Under the pieces are notes generated by a model. That model was not told the origin of the DNA, made no database searches, and saw only the letters and a program-made list of their open reading frames with translations. 64,000 bases of DNA from Selaginella moellendorffii. Taxonomy: Eukaryota; Plantae; Lycopodiophyta. Below, piece by piece: positions 12,644 to 25,269 of the stretch. Numbering within the stretch: the first letter of the stretch is position 1; the number at the start of each line of letters is the position of its first letter. The stretch is taken from NCBI RefSeq assembly GCF_000143415.4, contig NW_003314303.1, positions 1,177,322 through 1,241,321 on the forward strand. Reading direction: 5' to 3'. A program made the translations under genes and the position numbers.

Positions 12644-14135
12644 TGTCTCTGATATCCTTCTGATATCTCACTCGCACGTGTTTCCATGATCATACACAAT
12701 AAACGATCTATCAAGAGGATTGGTAAATCAAAGGATCTCATTTTTGGCTGATCGATTCTAGCTTCCCTTCCCACTTATAATTGCGAGAGCTTTGAAATGA
12801 CCACGAATACGGATGTGGTATGTAACACTGTCATAAACATTTGAGAGTATGCAATTTTCCCTTGTTTTAAACCAATGCTTCTAAAATAATGGTTTTGATT
12901 TTCACATATTTCTTATGAATTTTTAGAAAGCCTTTTAAATTTCTCAATGTAACTTGCACTTGCCCTTATCATATTGACATCGCTGTGGATTGTTGATCGA
13001 CTTGCTTCCAGCTGTCTCCTTGTGCCGCATCTTAGGGCTTGACTCTTAATCCAGGCCCGGGCCTCCATGGCACTGAGTTGTCACCCTCAGCACAGAATGC
13101 TCTTCGGGTGATTCACAGCAGACATCCAGAATTTCCAAGACGATGGCAATTCCCTTGCCACACCACACACCCAGCCTGAGCATGCAGGGACTTCCCGTCT
13201 GTAGATGTTAGTCCACTAGTGATGAGCAAAGCCAAGGTCCATAACTTTCTATGATTGTGTGGGATTCAGATGAAGCCATCATCATCTTACCCATACGAAG
13301 AGCTTTACAAGCTCATTGAATTATGCCCCTTGAAGTTTTAATATCCTTATGAAGTTTAAGAACTTCAAGAGGAAAGGAAGATCTCCATGCTTTCACGCTC
13401 ACCTATAGTGTTTGTGATTGTGATGGAATGTCTACTGCCATTGTTCACATAGATTGTTAGTCCCAAACAACTTGGGGAATGGCAATTCTTAATGCCTACC
13501 AGGTTTTCAACCATGCTTCTTGGATATAATAAGCCAGACGTTATTAGGCTTTTGCAAATATGACAAATTCCATTTATGCAATTTTCACTTAATGGAAAAT
13601 GGGGCTTAAACTTTTACAAACTAACATAAACCAACATAAATTAACAGTTGGCCAAAACGAATACTTCTACAGATGTCATAAGGATTATATGAAAACAAAG
13701 ATAAGAGTCTTTCACGTCGTTTTCAAATGGATAGACTTCGATAATCTTGCCCGTGACAACTCCAAGTTTTCTAGAGTGAGATATACGAAAACTTCGCACC
13801 CAAACTCTTCATCGTTTAGAATTGGATAGACTTTCATGATAATCGTATTGCTCGTGACTCAGAGAGCGGCAAACTCTTTTATACGTAAACTTGAACACGC
13901 CTCTAGAACGGAGAATCGAGACAACTGATTTGAGGAAAAACGTGTTGAAAATCCCACGTCAATTACGCAGAGTCCTTTTTGGTGGCCCAGGAACTCCGCT
14001 GTGAAACTTCAAAGTAGAACAATCGTTGCATTCCCGTCCCAGCGAGCTCTTGAGTATAAAGTCCGAGTTTTCAATACACTCGTCTCAAGCAGCTCCATAT
14101 CTTCTTCAAACATTCTCGTTCTTGCTACACAAATC

Positions 14136-14597
14136 ATGGCTTCTAGCAAAGGATTTGCTGCTCTAGTCATTGCCGCCGTGCTTCTCCTGGCACTCGTGGA
14201 GCCAAGTGTGGCCCAGGGAATTTCCAGCAGGGCTACGTTCTACACACCTCCATACCAGCGTAAGCTTTTTGCAGTTCTAAACTCTCATTCGTGAAAATCT
14301 TCAACTTCTTGTGTTGCTTCTCGTGCAGCGTCCTCTTGCTTTGGGTTTGATCCTCTCCCAGCAGATTTTCTGTTCGCAGCGGCGTCTCCGGCAGTCTTCA
14401 ACAATCGCGCAGCTTGTGGGACCTTTTTCTGCGTGAGATGCACTGGAAATGGCTGCAGGAATGGCAACACTATCCGAGTGCAGATTGTGGATCTTTGCCC
14501 GGGCTGTCCAGGTGCTTTTGATCTCTCCCAAGAGGCATTTGCACGGATTGCAGACCCAGCTGTTGGAGTTATCAGTGTCAACTACAACGCATGCTAA
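14136..14597 (+). CDS. EG45-like/PNP-like secreted protein, type A
   Basis: Near-identical to 7875-8336. Intact frame, stop TAA 14595-14597. Confidence 0.88.
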
Positions 14598-14760
14598 ATA
14601 TCTCTGATATCATGATCAGCAATCATACACAATAATTTATCAAGAGGATTGATGAATCGTTCTCGATTCTAGCCTTCTTACCCATACACAATCGTGAGAG
14701 CTTTGAAATCTTTTCCAAGCTTTAATGGCGTGGTATGTAGTGATCTTGCATGGCAAAGTC

Positions 14761-15391
14761 TTTCTGGAAGAGAAAGAAGTTGCCTCAGCTGAGTGTCAAT
14801 GTTTGCAAGGTGTTCCTCAAACGTGAAGTGGTTGATAACTTCAATGTCAGTGCTGTTGCAATGAAAAGTTTCCATCTTGGGCAATGAAAAATCTTCGTTC
14901 AACTCAACAGTTTATGGGAAGGACTTGTAGTTGAGGATGTGACGACTTGTGAAGAATCTTGTGCATTCAGATAGTGGCCATGGGCATTATAGAGTGTGGC
15001 CTTTGAATGTCCATTGGAGATGTCCATCTTTCCAAGCTTCCAAATGGTGATGCCATTCACCTGCTTATGCCATCCGCATTCAAGGATTATGGAATCCTTC
15101 AAAGGTGTGGAGCCAAGCTGTTGGTAGTCCACCACCACAAAATCTGCCTATGAAAGGATGCCAAATACTGAAAACAGAACGCCACTAGCAAATACCTGTG
15201 GGAACCATAGTGTGATCGGTAAATGTCTTCAGGATTAATGTGTGCTCTAAGATGTGAATATGTGATGCTTGGACAACTTCCATGGAGAGCTTTAACCAGA
15301 GTCGACGGGAGCGTCAAGGATGGGCAATCCATGGCTGAAGTCCACTAGTGCAAAGAATGTGCCAGGATCTGGAAAAACAGTTTTGTCAATC
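14761..15391 (-). mobile_element. Decayed retroelement protease fragment, copy 2
   Basis: Paralog of 8540-9637 without the 311-bp insert. The frame runs KLGKMDISNG across the empty site. Confidence 0.55.
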
Positions 15392-15634
15392 AGACGTGCG
15401 AACAGGAAATCTGCTGGAAGAGGAAAAGCAAGACGACGCTGCATGAGGAGCAAGACAGGAAGTTGATCAAGATTTGATTACGGATGAGATGTTCTATACA
15501 AAGATATTATGCAGTTATGGAGGTGTGTCGAATGTAGCCCTGCTGGAAATTCCCTGGGCCACGCTTGGCTCCACGATTGCCAGGAAAAGCGCGGCGACAA
15601 TGACTAGAGCAGCAAATCCTTTGCTAGAAGTCAT
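15392..15634 (-). pseudogene. 3'-truncated EG45-like type A, copy 2
   Basis: Same premature stop (TFDTPP*) and truncation as 9640-9878. Confidence 0.8.
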
Positions 15635-16065
15635 GAGCGAGACTGTTTGAAGAAGAACTGGGGCTGCTTGAGACGAGTAACTCGAGTGTGCGAGGACTTT
15701 ATACTCGAGAGACATGTATTCTACTTTGAAGTTTCACAGCGGGCCACCAAAAACAACTCTGAGTAATGGACGTGAGATTTCCAACACGACTTATCCTCAA
15801 GATCAGTTATCTCGTTTCTCCATTCTAGAGTCGTGTTCAAGTTTACGTAGAAAAGGGTTTTACCGTTCTCTGAGACACGAGCCGTAAGATTATCAAGTAA
15901 GTCAATTGAAAACGATGGCCACAATATTATCAAGTCTATCCAATTGAACACGACATGAAATCTTTGTTTTGCATTAAGGCTTATTCATATCATACGAGTG
16001 GTTAGTTTTTCAACATTGAAATACGTACTTACTTCGGCTTAAACCTTTCATCACGTCCCAAATGC

Positions 16066-16576
16066 TTAGCACCTATAATAGTTAAGAGATTATAGCATCA
16101 CCAACAAAAGATTCCTTATCATTCTTACTGGTAGTAGTCGATGTTGATGACACCGGCACCTGGGTTTGCAATTCTTGCAAATGCCTGCTGGGAGAGATCA
16201 AAGGCACCTGGGCAGCCCGGGCAAAGATCCACGATCTTCACGCGGATAACATTGCTGTTCCTGCAGCCATTGCTCGTGCATTTCACGCAGTAGTAGCGTC
16301 CGCAAGCGGCTCCATTGCTGTAAATAGATGGAGCCGCTGCTGCAAAGCTATAATCTGATGGAAGAGAACCATAGCCATAGCAAGCTGATGCTGGTGGATC
16401 AGAGAAAAACATTTTTAGGTGTTACTGTGCATGATGAATTCGTGAAAGCTTAAGTTCTTACGCTTGTATTGGTTGTAGAAAGTGGCTTTGCTTGCGATTC
16501 CTAGGCTTGGCTCCGCAAATGCCAAGAGCAGCGTGGTGGCAATGAAGAAAGCAGCAAAGGCTTTGGTAGAAGCCAT
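16066..16576 (-). CDS. EG45-like/PNP-like secreted protein, type B
   Basis: Intact three-exon structure as in 10329-10841, ending IDYYQ|C*. Confidence 0.85.
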
Positions 16577-17242
16577 GGATGTATGGAACAGGATAATCAC
16601 GAACGAGTGTTTGATGTTGAAAATAATTGTGAACGGGTGTTTGATGGGGAAGATAATCGTCATGTGATTATATATAGTCGAGGAATGAAAGTTCAAAACG
16701 ATATCAAATTCTGCAATTCGTGGTGTGTGTGTGGTGTTCTATTTGGTAGCTATAATGCCATTAGATTAAAACAAATCAGCGGTAATTAATAGTTTTAAGC
16801 ATAGTTATTACACTTCATATTGAATTGAAAGTACACTGTATTCCAGGAGAGACCTTCTAGCCATGGATGTATGGAACGAGTGTTTAAGAGAGTGTTTGGT
16901 GAAGATTATCGTGACGTCACGTGATTTTATTATAGTTGAGGAATGAAAGTTCAAAACGATATCAAACTCTGCGAAGCCAGAATAATTCATGAACATGATG
17001 CTGCTTGCGTATAGAATCTTATTGCTGGAAGAGCTTTGAAATAAGCGGTTTCCACGTAGATTGGCAAACCTGTAAATTCATCAATTTTAAAATCAGCACA
17101 AAATCAAAATTTAACAAATGCTTACCTGATAGACAGCAAAGCAGAAGGTGTTTAAGCATAGTTATTAGAGTTTTTGTATAAACTTTTATTTTTTATTGAA
17201 TTTATCGAACTGCTCACAACTTTGCACTCCAAGGATTTGCGA

Positions 17243-20200
17243 TCACAGGCGTAACTCTATGGTGTTTGTATCTTGGCTCACATCGAAGCTCACTTCCACT
17301 TTCTTTCCACCGCTCTTCTCGACCAAGGCCTTGTAGCTTCCAAAGTACCCGCGAAACGCAAACTTCCCTTCCTTGTCCGTGGAGCCAGAGAGCTCCGTCC
17401 GCCACTCTCCTCTCAGAGCTTCCAGCCTCTTCCCAGCCTCGTTCAGCGTCCCATCCACCTCCACAAGGTGGCCATCTGATCTACAGCACCCCTGCCAGAA
17501 TCCCCACAGCACCACTCCCTCCACCGCCGGATGAGCAAACGCTTCGCGCAGCACAGCCTCCAAGTCGTCCGCTCGGACGTGCTCGTTGCTCGAACACACG
17601 TCCACCTCCGTGAGCCAGATTGGAAGTCCCAGCATCGCGAGCTCGTCCAGCGAGCCGCGAAGAATCGGCCCCACGGGAACGTCGACATGGCCTTGGACGC
17701 CGATACCACCGACTGGAGCACCTTGCGCGATCAAACTGTCGATTTGCTGGACGTATCTCCGAGCCGAGGAGTTCGCCTCTCGACCATCTTCGACGTGGTA
17801 GTCATTGACGAAGAGCCTGGCCAAGGGATCCAGACGATGGATTTGCTTGAACATGTTGGCGTGGACCTCGTCACCCAGCCTGCTCTTGTAGAAATCCCCG
17901 TGTAGCATCTCGTTGTTCACGTCGTAGTGCTGGAACTTGCCCCGGTATCGCGACACCAGCTTTTCTATGCGGCTCTCCACTGCTGCTTGGAGCTTCTCCT
18001 TGCTAAGTTTCTTCAACCAGCCTTGGACGCAGTGCTCCACCTCCCAGAACACGCAGTGGCCTCGGACAGGGAGCTTGTGATCGGCACAGAACTTGCAGAG
18101 CTCGTCCGCTTCTCTGAAGTTGAGCTTTCCCTGCTCGGGCTCTGTCCATCCCCACTTCATCTCGTTCTCAAACACCGTGTAGTTGAAAGTCTTGAGGAAG
18201 TAGTCCACGTACTTGGTGTTTTCCAGATTGATGCGGTTGATGCAAGCTCCCAGCGCGAAGCTCGAGGATATTTGCTTGACTTGTAGGCGTAGAGGAGTGC
18301 CAGACTTATCGCTTTTGATTCGAAGCACCACGTCGCGTTTCCTAACCTGTATCGAGAACAAAGAAATAAGATCTGAAAGCTTCCAGTTGAGTTTTCTAGT
18401 ACCTGGTCAGCTTGCTTCTTCAGAGCGGCGTATTGATCGCTGCGATTCACTGAAAAAATCCGGAGGTTTGCCACCATGATATCAACACCTGCGTCAGGAC
18501 CCTGAACGTAAACCATGACTTCCGAAGGCTTCTTCTCAAGCCGGAAAGAACCCGCTACTTCTGTCCAGGAGCTCGGGCTTGCATCTACTTCGCCACCGCT
18601 CATCCATTGCCCGTCCACGGAGAGAGCCACGTTTACTCTCGCAAGAGACTGGCTGCTTCCACCGATGCGCACCCAGGCACAGACTTGGTAAGGAAGGAAG
18701 AGCTGGATTCTCTCCGTGAGTTTTTGAGCAGGACCTTCCCATCCGAACTTCCTGTTTGTTGCAACGATGTAGTTTCCGCTAAACTCTGGGTGGAACTCCA
18801 GAGACAGCTTTGCGGACGGTGGAAGAATTTTCGGTGCACCAGTTGCAACACGAAGGGAGCATGATCCCATTGAAAACCAGCTCGACAGTCCCTTGTGGAG
18901 ATCCGAGTTCTCTACAATATTGATGCCGAACATGGGATTCTGTAACAAGTTTTCACCAGTAAGAAACAGTTAAGTATTCTGATCACCTGGAAAGACGGCG
19001 GAGGGCTTGGCTCGGGTTTCTTTGCTGGACACACAGAGAATGAATCAACCAGAATATCAACACCAGGTGCCGGACCCTCAAGGAAAATCACAGCTCGTTT
19101 CGGCATGCTATGGATGGTAAAGCAGCCTTGCAAACTCGACCAGCTTTCGGCTGAAGCAGTTGTCCTAGGAAAGGACAACATAAGCACACCGAAACCCAAC
19201 CAAGTTGCAAACATACCTTCCAATGGTCATGTATTGCTCTTGCATGTTGGACTTTTGAATGTACAGAGTCGCTAGAACTTCCGCTCGTGAAAGGCCTCCA
19301 CGGATGCGAACAGTAGCCCTCACATCATACATGATGTTCGCAGACAAGCGTCCCGTTACGTCTTGCTCGATTCCGTGCCATGTCTGTGTTCGATTCGATG
19401 CTATTGCAAAGTGATCTCCTGTGCAGGGGGAGACATGAGGATCATCCAGTGTAAGTGTACACGATCTTGCAGACCACCCTTGCAAACCCCGAGAAAAGCA
19501 AGCATTCTTTATGACCGAATCACTGGGGGAAGTGTCGGGCACGTCCTGCATAAAAAACAATGTTTGAGCTCAAGAAATCTAAAAAGTAGCGCACCGAGTA
19601 ATCCTGTTTCCCAGGCACTATGCCAGAACTTTGTGTGGTGATGCTCACGCTGTCGACTAAAATATCAATTCCAGCAGGCGGTCCTTCCAAGTACACCAAG
19701 ACTTTGTCAAAACTTTCGTTTAGAAGCAGCGGTCCTTGTATTCTTGTCCAAGTGCCTCTTGAAGCTCTTGCTCTGCAATGGAAACTCAAACTTTGTCAGG
19801 GAAAAGATCAGAGCAATTACCTCCCAAGCTGCATATATTTCGTATCAGAATCCTTCTTTTCCAGTTTCGCGGTAGCAAGAACATCCGCTTCGGAAACTCC
19901 AGCCACACTGACGAACGCAAGAACTTCATACTTGATGCCTGGCTTAACCCGTTCACTGATATCCTGCTCAATCCCTTGCCACCCTTGCGTCCTCCCCGAC
20001 ACAACAGCCACAAACTCACCGCCGCGAGGCTGGATCCCTTGTAGCGCGTTCGGATCACAGAGCGAAACTTTGCATCCATACGAGGCCCTCCAGCCCTCTA
20101 ATCCACTGTCGAAGTTTCCATTGATGATAATGTCCTCGTCCCTCATAGCTCCCGCAGCTCCTGCAGCTCCAGCACCTACAAAAGACAATTTTTTCAAGAA

Positions 20201-20268
20201 CAGTCACGATGGTCTTGGATCTTACCTTCTGGCTGCCGCTTCAGCTTGGAAGCTAGAAAACTCCTCAT
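17243..20268 (-). CDS. Endo-1,4-beta-xylanase (three CBM22/CBM_4_9-like modules plus GH10 domain)
   Basis: Three repeats of N.(F).GL.GW...R...W.G..Q...EGP..G.DILVDS. GH10 motifs FENEMKW, RGHCVFW, YDVNNEMLH, GIGVQGH, IWLTEVD, LWGFW. Start uncertain (20268, or an upstream ATG near 20337). Confidence 0.92.
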
Positions 20269-20439
20269 GCCACCACAGCAATGGCGGATCTTGATTCGTC
20301 GCCGAGCACCAATTGGAGCCTGCAAAACCATGACCATCGACTCATCAGAGAAACTCACAAGAGGATGCAGCCAAAACTTCAGATGCAAACCAAGCATCGG
20401 AATCGAGAGACTTACCCGGCCAGCAACTCGCAAGAAGCC

Positions 20440-22242
20440 CTATGATGACGACACTGTGCTGCTTTGCTCTTGTTCTCGCATAGTGTAGTAAATGTTGGCT
20501 AGCGACACGTACGCTCCAGCCTCTCTCCTGTCAAACTCGAGAACTCGCTCGGCCGCTACCGCAGCCCTCTCCAGATCCCCATGAATCGCGCAGCAACTTA
20601 GCAGGATCCCCCACGCAGTAGCGTCCGCGGAGAACGGCATGCCCTCCACGAGATCCTGCGCGTTTCTCAGCTGTCCTGCCCGTCCCAGGATGTTGACAAT
20701 GCAGCAGTAGTGGAAGAGCGAGTGATCCACGCCGTGATCATGGAGCATCCCTCTGAAGCAGCCGAGTCCTACGCTCAGCGTCCCGACGTGAGTGGACGCC
20801 ACCAAGACGTTCCTCAGCGTTGGCTCGTCCGTGTCCACTCCCTGGAGAAGCATCCGCTGGAAGAACTGGAGAGCTCGTCTTGGATAGCTCCTGCTGCTGC
20901 TACCACTGGCGATGATCCGAGAGTGGGCATTTGCGGCAATGATCGAAGTCCATGACACCGCGCTTGGCTGTGGGAGACGCTCAAACAATGCCTCGGCTTG
21001 AGCCATATACCCGTTGTGGGCATACCCGGACAGCATCGTGTTCCAAGCGACCGTGTCTCTCACCGGCATTTGCTCGAACTGGGCTCTCGATTCCGCCACG
21101 AAGCCGCTGGCTGCGTAAGCGTAGATCATCGCAGTGCTCGCCACAACGTCCACCGAAGGCATTCGATCGAACATCGCCTTGGCTTCTTCCAGTCGCCGGC
21201 TCTCGGCAAGGAGCTGGAGCATCGACGTCCATATAACCACGCTTCCCTCTGGGATCTCGTCGAAGAACACCTTGGCTTCCTGGATTCGTTCCCGGCTGTG
21301 AGCGTAGGCCTGGAACAGCGCGGCCCACGAGAGAGAGTTGTGCTTGGGCATCTCGTCCAAGAACTTCTTGGCCTCTTCCACATCCCCGAGCTGGGCATAC
21401 GCGGAGATCATCGAGTTCCACGAAGAACAGTCGCGCTCGATCATGGCGTCGAAGATCTTCTTCGCGCCAGCCACGTCTTCGACCTCTGCGTGAGCGGCTA
21501 TCAGGGCGTTGCACGACACGATGCTGAATTCCGGCATGGATTGGATGATCTCCCGGAATTTCTCGTGATCCCCTATCTGGGCATATGCTAGAACCATCGT
21601 TGTCCACGAAACGATGTCCCTCTGGCTCATACTGTCGAAGATCTTTCTTGCTTCATCGATCCGCAAATGCGAGCTATAGCTCGAGATCATGATGTTCCAC
21701 GACTTGACGTTCCACTCGGGCATCCTTTGGAACAACTGCTTCGTTCCACCCATATCCCCATTCTCGGCATTTGCTGTGAGCACGGCATTCCAGCAAGCCA
21801 AATCCCTCTGAGGCATCGTCTCGAAGAGATCACGCACAGAATCCATCTCGCCACTGTCGGCATAGGCGCTTATCATCGTAGTCCACGACACAATGTCCCT
21901 GAGATCAGCCATTCTCTCAAAAATCGCCCGGGCATCCTGGATCCTCCCGGCAAGCACATAGCTCTGGAGCATCACGTTCCAGGAGAAGACGTTGGGCTCC
22001 GGGATGGCCTCAAACACCCTCCGCGCATCATCCACGCTCCCACACTGCCCATACATTTGCACCACGACATTGGCCAGGAATCGGCTCCTGGCAAAGGCGC
22101 CGCTCGCGATCTTGGCATGGATTTCCCTCACCTCCTCAGCAGTGTCGCAAGATCGCACCAGTCTTGCGAGATCTTCCTTGAGGACCTGCTGCTGCTGCTG
22201 CCGGCGATCCAACCCGGCGACGCTGCAGCGCGATCTAAGCAT
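20440..22242 (-). CDS. PLS-class pentatricopeptide repeat protein with E domain, no DYW
   Basis: Intronless 600-aa ORF with many 31-aa repeats (VSWTTMI.AY...G....A..IFD.M). Ends HYCCIVNILGRAG...WGILLSCCAIHGD...AYVSLANIY. Confidence 0.93.
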   Translation of the reverse strand: MLRSRCSVAGLDRRQQQQQVLKEDLARLVRSCDTAEEVREIHAKIASGAFARSRFLANVVVQMYGQCGSVDDARRVFEAIPEPNVFSWNVMLQSYVLAGRIQDARAIFERMADLRDIVSWTTMISAYADSGEMDSVRDLFETMPQRDLACWNAVLTANAENGDMGGTKQLFQRMPEWNVKSWNIMISSYSSHLRIDEARKIFDSMSQRDIVSWTTMVLAYAQIGDHEKFREIIQSMPEFSIVSCNALIAAHAEVEDVAGAKKIFDAMIERDCSSWNSMISAYAQLGDVEEAKKFLDEMPKHNSLSWAALFQAYAHSRERIQEAKVFFDEIPEGSVVIWTSMLQLLAESRRLEEAKAMFDRMPSVDVVASTAMIYAYAASGFVAESRAQFEQMPVRDTVAWNTMLSGYAHNGYMAQAEALFERLPQPSAVSWTSIIAANAHSRIIASGSSSRSYPRRALQFFQRMLLQGVDTDEPTLRNVLVASTHVGTLSVGLGCFRGMLHDHGVDHSLFHYCCIVNILGRAGQLRNAQDLVEGMPFSADATAWGILLSCCAIHGDLERAAVAAERVLEFDRREAGAYVSLANIYYTMREQEQSSTVSSS

Positions 22243-22625
22243 CTATGTCCCGAAATATCCAGTGCTAGCTCGAAATTTCCCAGCGAAGATCTTTCACCGC
22301 GGCCATGCGATGCTGCTGCCGGCGATCCAATGCCGCGATGCTGTGGCGCAATCTAAGCATCTGTGCCCCCTGCCGATCGACATATCCAGTGCTAGCTCGA
22401 AATTTCCCAGCTTAGATCTGTCATCGCGGCCGCAAGCATCTAGAGCTCTTCCGACGATCGATCCTACCCCCTGGAACTTCTAGAATCGCGAAGATTTCCA
22501 GCGAAGATCTTTCATGCGATGCTGCTGCCGGCGATCCAATGCCGCGACGCTGCCCCTGCCGATCGAAATATCCGGTGCTAGCTAGAAGTTTCCCCTTTCA
22601 TCGCGGCCGAAAGATCTTTCCATCC
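22194..22625. repeat. Degenerate tandem repeat (about 3 units of 115-200 bp) over the PPR start
   Basis: TGCTGCTGCCGGCGATCCAA at about 22194, 22311 and 22520, each followed by ATATCC(A/G)GTGCTAGCT and GAAGATCTTTCA-type blocks. Confidence 0.7.
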
Positions 22626-22786
22626 CAATGCAAGCATCTCGAACGATCGATGGCGGAGCTCTAGGAAGAAGCGCTCTCTAGAGAGAGCCCTGGAACTTTT
22701 TTACTTCTATCTACCTGGGTCTACCTAGGGTTCAAGAAGAATGAAGAACAAGGTGGAGGAGAGGAGGAGCCCTTGTTTGTGAGGAA

Positions 22787-22981
22787 ATGGCGCCCAACAT
22801 CGAAGGGCCAATCCTGGGCTTGTGCGCGGTGGTGGCAGCTGCGGCGGCATCCGCGACGCTGGTGGCGGCGGTGGTGGCCGCTGCCGCTGCGCTCATGGCG
22901 GTGGGCTACATTGCCTTCGTGGAGCTGGACAAATTCTTGCGCGGCGGCGCTGCCCCGTCCTCGGCCAATCGCCGCAGTTGA
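22787..22981 (+). CDS. Possible small hydrophobic membrane peptide (64 aa)
   Basis: GC-rich ORF with a long Ala/Val/Leu stretch. No family recognised. Confidence 0.3.
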   Translation: MAPNIEGPILGLCAVVAAAAASATLVAAVVAAAAALMAVGYIAFVELDKFLRGGAAPSSANRRS

Positions 22982-23139
22982 GTGATCGATCGCGCCGGAT
23001 CGATCGAGGTAACACAGTAGGTTCTCGTAGTAGTGGACAAAAGGGAAAGAGAGAAAGGGAAATTTCCTAGGGAGGAGGTGGCGAGCGAGCGAGCGATCGA
23101 TCGATCGATCGATCGATCAATGACTGCTAATTCATCGCG

Positions 23140-25106
23140 ATGGAGCCGTCCTCTTGTTGCGGATTTCTTCCCGTCCCGCCGGAGGTGGTGATTGGACGAT
23201 TCAATCCTTTCAGCGAAGCGCAGCAAGTCCAGCTACGTGCGCAGATAATTGTCTATGGCTCCATCGTGTAAGTTTCTTTCATCTTTTCTTCCCTCTTTCT
23301 TAAATTCTCTCTCGTCTCTCCTCAGCCGGGAGCTCGCTCCCGAGGAAACTTTGATGAGCTTGTGCTTCGCGGACATATCCACGGGTGAGTTTACTCTTCT
23401 CGTTCTCGATAGAGCTTTTAAGTTTCTTAAGCTGTAGTTATGACACAGGAAGTAGTGTGGAGGATTTTCACGAAGGGAATCTGGGCAGGAGTGCATGGGA
23501 GAAAATCTGGCAAGCTGCTTCGTTCAATAGTGCTCGAGCAAAGAAACCGAGCAAGAGCAAGGCGGCATCGGCAGCACCATCTCCGGCTCCTCCAGCGAAG
23601 ACGAAAGCCGCGAAGCCTGCTATCAAACGCAAGGCCTCCAAAGCTGCGACGGCCAACCAAAGCAGGAAGAAAAGTGTGAAGCAGAAGAACATATCGGATC
23701 TGGATTCGGATGTCGTCGTCGTGCAGCAAGTCATCACGGATGCTACTGAAACTCAGAGCAATAGTGAGGAGGAGGAGGAGAAGCAAGGTGGAGAAGAAGC
23801 GGACACAGAGCTCGAGCAGCTAGCAGCTTCCGCCATCAAAGCGATGAGCGATCTTCCTCCGACTGCTGGCAAGAAGAAGGGGAGGCAAGAAGAAGAAGGC
23901 GAAGAGGAAGGAGAAGGCGAAGAAGAAGAAGAAGAAGAAGAAGCTCATTGCAAAGCTTCCGAGGACAACACGTCCAGAGATCCAGGGGACTTGACGGACG
24001 AAAAGGCTGAGTCAATGGAGATTGATGATGCTGAAACCAGCAAAATCTCGAACACAGAGGAAGGGCTAAGGCGGCATTGGAAAGAGATTGTGCAAGGAGC
24101 TATGGTTGAGGTTCGTATGCTTGTTTGCGGTTTCTCGATCGAGGGAAGGGAATTCTAATCAACTTAATCAATCCATTCAGGTTATTTCGGACGAAGACGG
24201 ACTTCACGGAGTTTGGTTCTCGGGGAAGGTTCGGACAGTTCGGAAAGACAAAGTGCAGGTTGTCTACACCGATCTTCTCCATGAAGATGGTAAGAAAAAA
24301 AAAATTCTCTTTGTTCTTTTCCTGAATTATTTCTCAAATTTCCAGGACAAACTATGCTGCAAGAATGGGTGTCCTCTTGCGATTTGATGAACGACGCCCC
24401 CAAAATCCGGCTGGCTCATCCCGTGACGTCGGCTGATCTCCCGCTGAAAAGGAACAACTTTTCAGTTGGAGATCATGTTGATGCTTGGATGAATGACGGG
24501 TGGGTTTGTAAAGTTTCTCTTCCATGGGTCTCTCTTACACTGTGTTGTCCGAAACTTCAGGTGGTGGGAAGGAATAGTAGAGGGTATTAACAGCGAGAAC
24601 CAAAAGCAAGTGACGCTGTTTTTCCCAGGTACCATCGTATTATCTGTGTGGTCGTGCTTATCAGGGAGACGCTGTGCTTTCAACAGGAGAGGGAGACATT
24701 GGTGTGGCTAAGATCAGCCACTTACGCCCGTCCCTTGTCTGGAAAAACGGGGAATGGATTCTTTGGGCTCCAAAAGAAGGCGGAAAGAAGGTACCATGGC
24801 TTGCTTTGGTTTTCATCTCTTGTTCACGTATTTCTCTCTGGCCAGGTCAGGAAGCAACCGGTCTCAAAGCCAACTCAGGTGATTCCCGAGAAGAAGTTTG
24901 TTGAAGTTACGCCGGTGGTATTGGATGGGAAGCGCAAACGCGAGCGGCCAAAGAGGCTGGCGGATGGATTGGACGACGAGCAGCCCCCGAGGAAGCCTTA
25001 CACGAGAAGAGCTCCTCCAGCGAGCAGGGGGAGCGAAGCCAACCCCACCAAGAGAGTACTGCCCCCTCGAAACAAAGCCAGCTCTTCGAGAGCCAAGAGG
25101 AAGTAG
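23140..25106 (+). CDS. SWOLLEN1/G2484-1-like Agenet (plant Tudor) domain protein
   Basis: Exon 1: MEPSSCCG...NPFSEAQQVQLRAQIIVYGSI|..APEETLM...GRSAWEKIW (G2484-1 conserved block). Then an acidic tract and Agenet motifs GAMVEV|ISDEDGLHGVWFSGKV, VGDHVDAWMNDG|WWEG, LRPSLVWKNGEW. Confidence 0.82.
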
Positions 25107-25269
25107 ATGATAAGTCACACTTTTGAGTTGTAAAGAACGCAAAGAAGAACTCGATTTTGAGTGATCATATAAATGTAAACACTTGGTTGACACAATCTTT
25201 CTCTAGAGCTTCTTTTGTTCTTCCTTTTAGTTTCTTTACTCGAGTAACCATTCCAATCACAATGCCAAA

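Noticed and set aside
2274-17350. Repeat array as a CRISPR-like locus
   Set aside because: The units are kb-scale gene duplications in eukaryotic DNA, with no short repeat-spacer pattern or cas genes.
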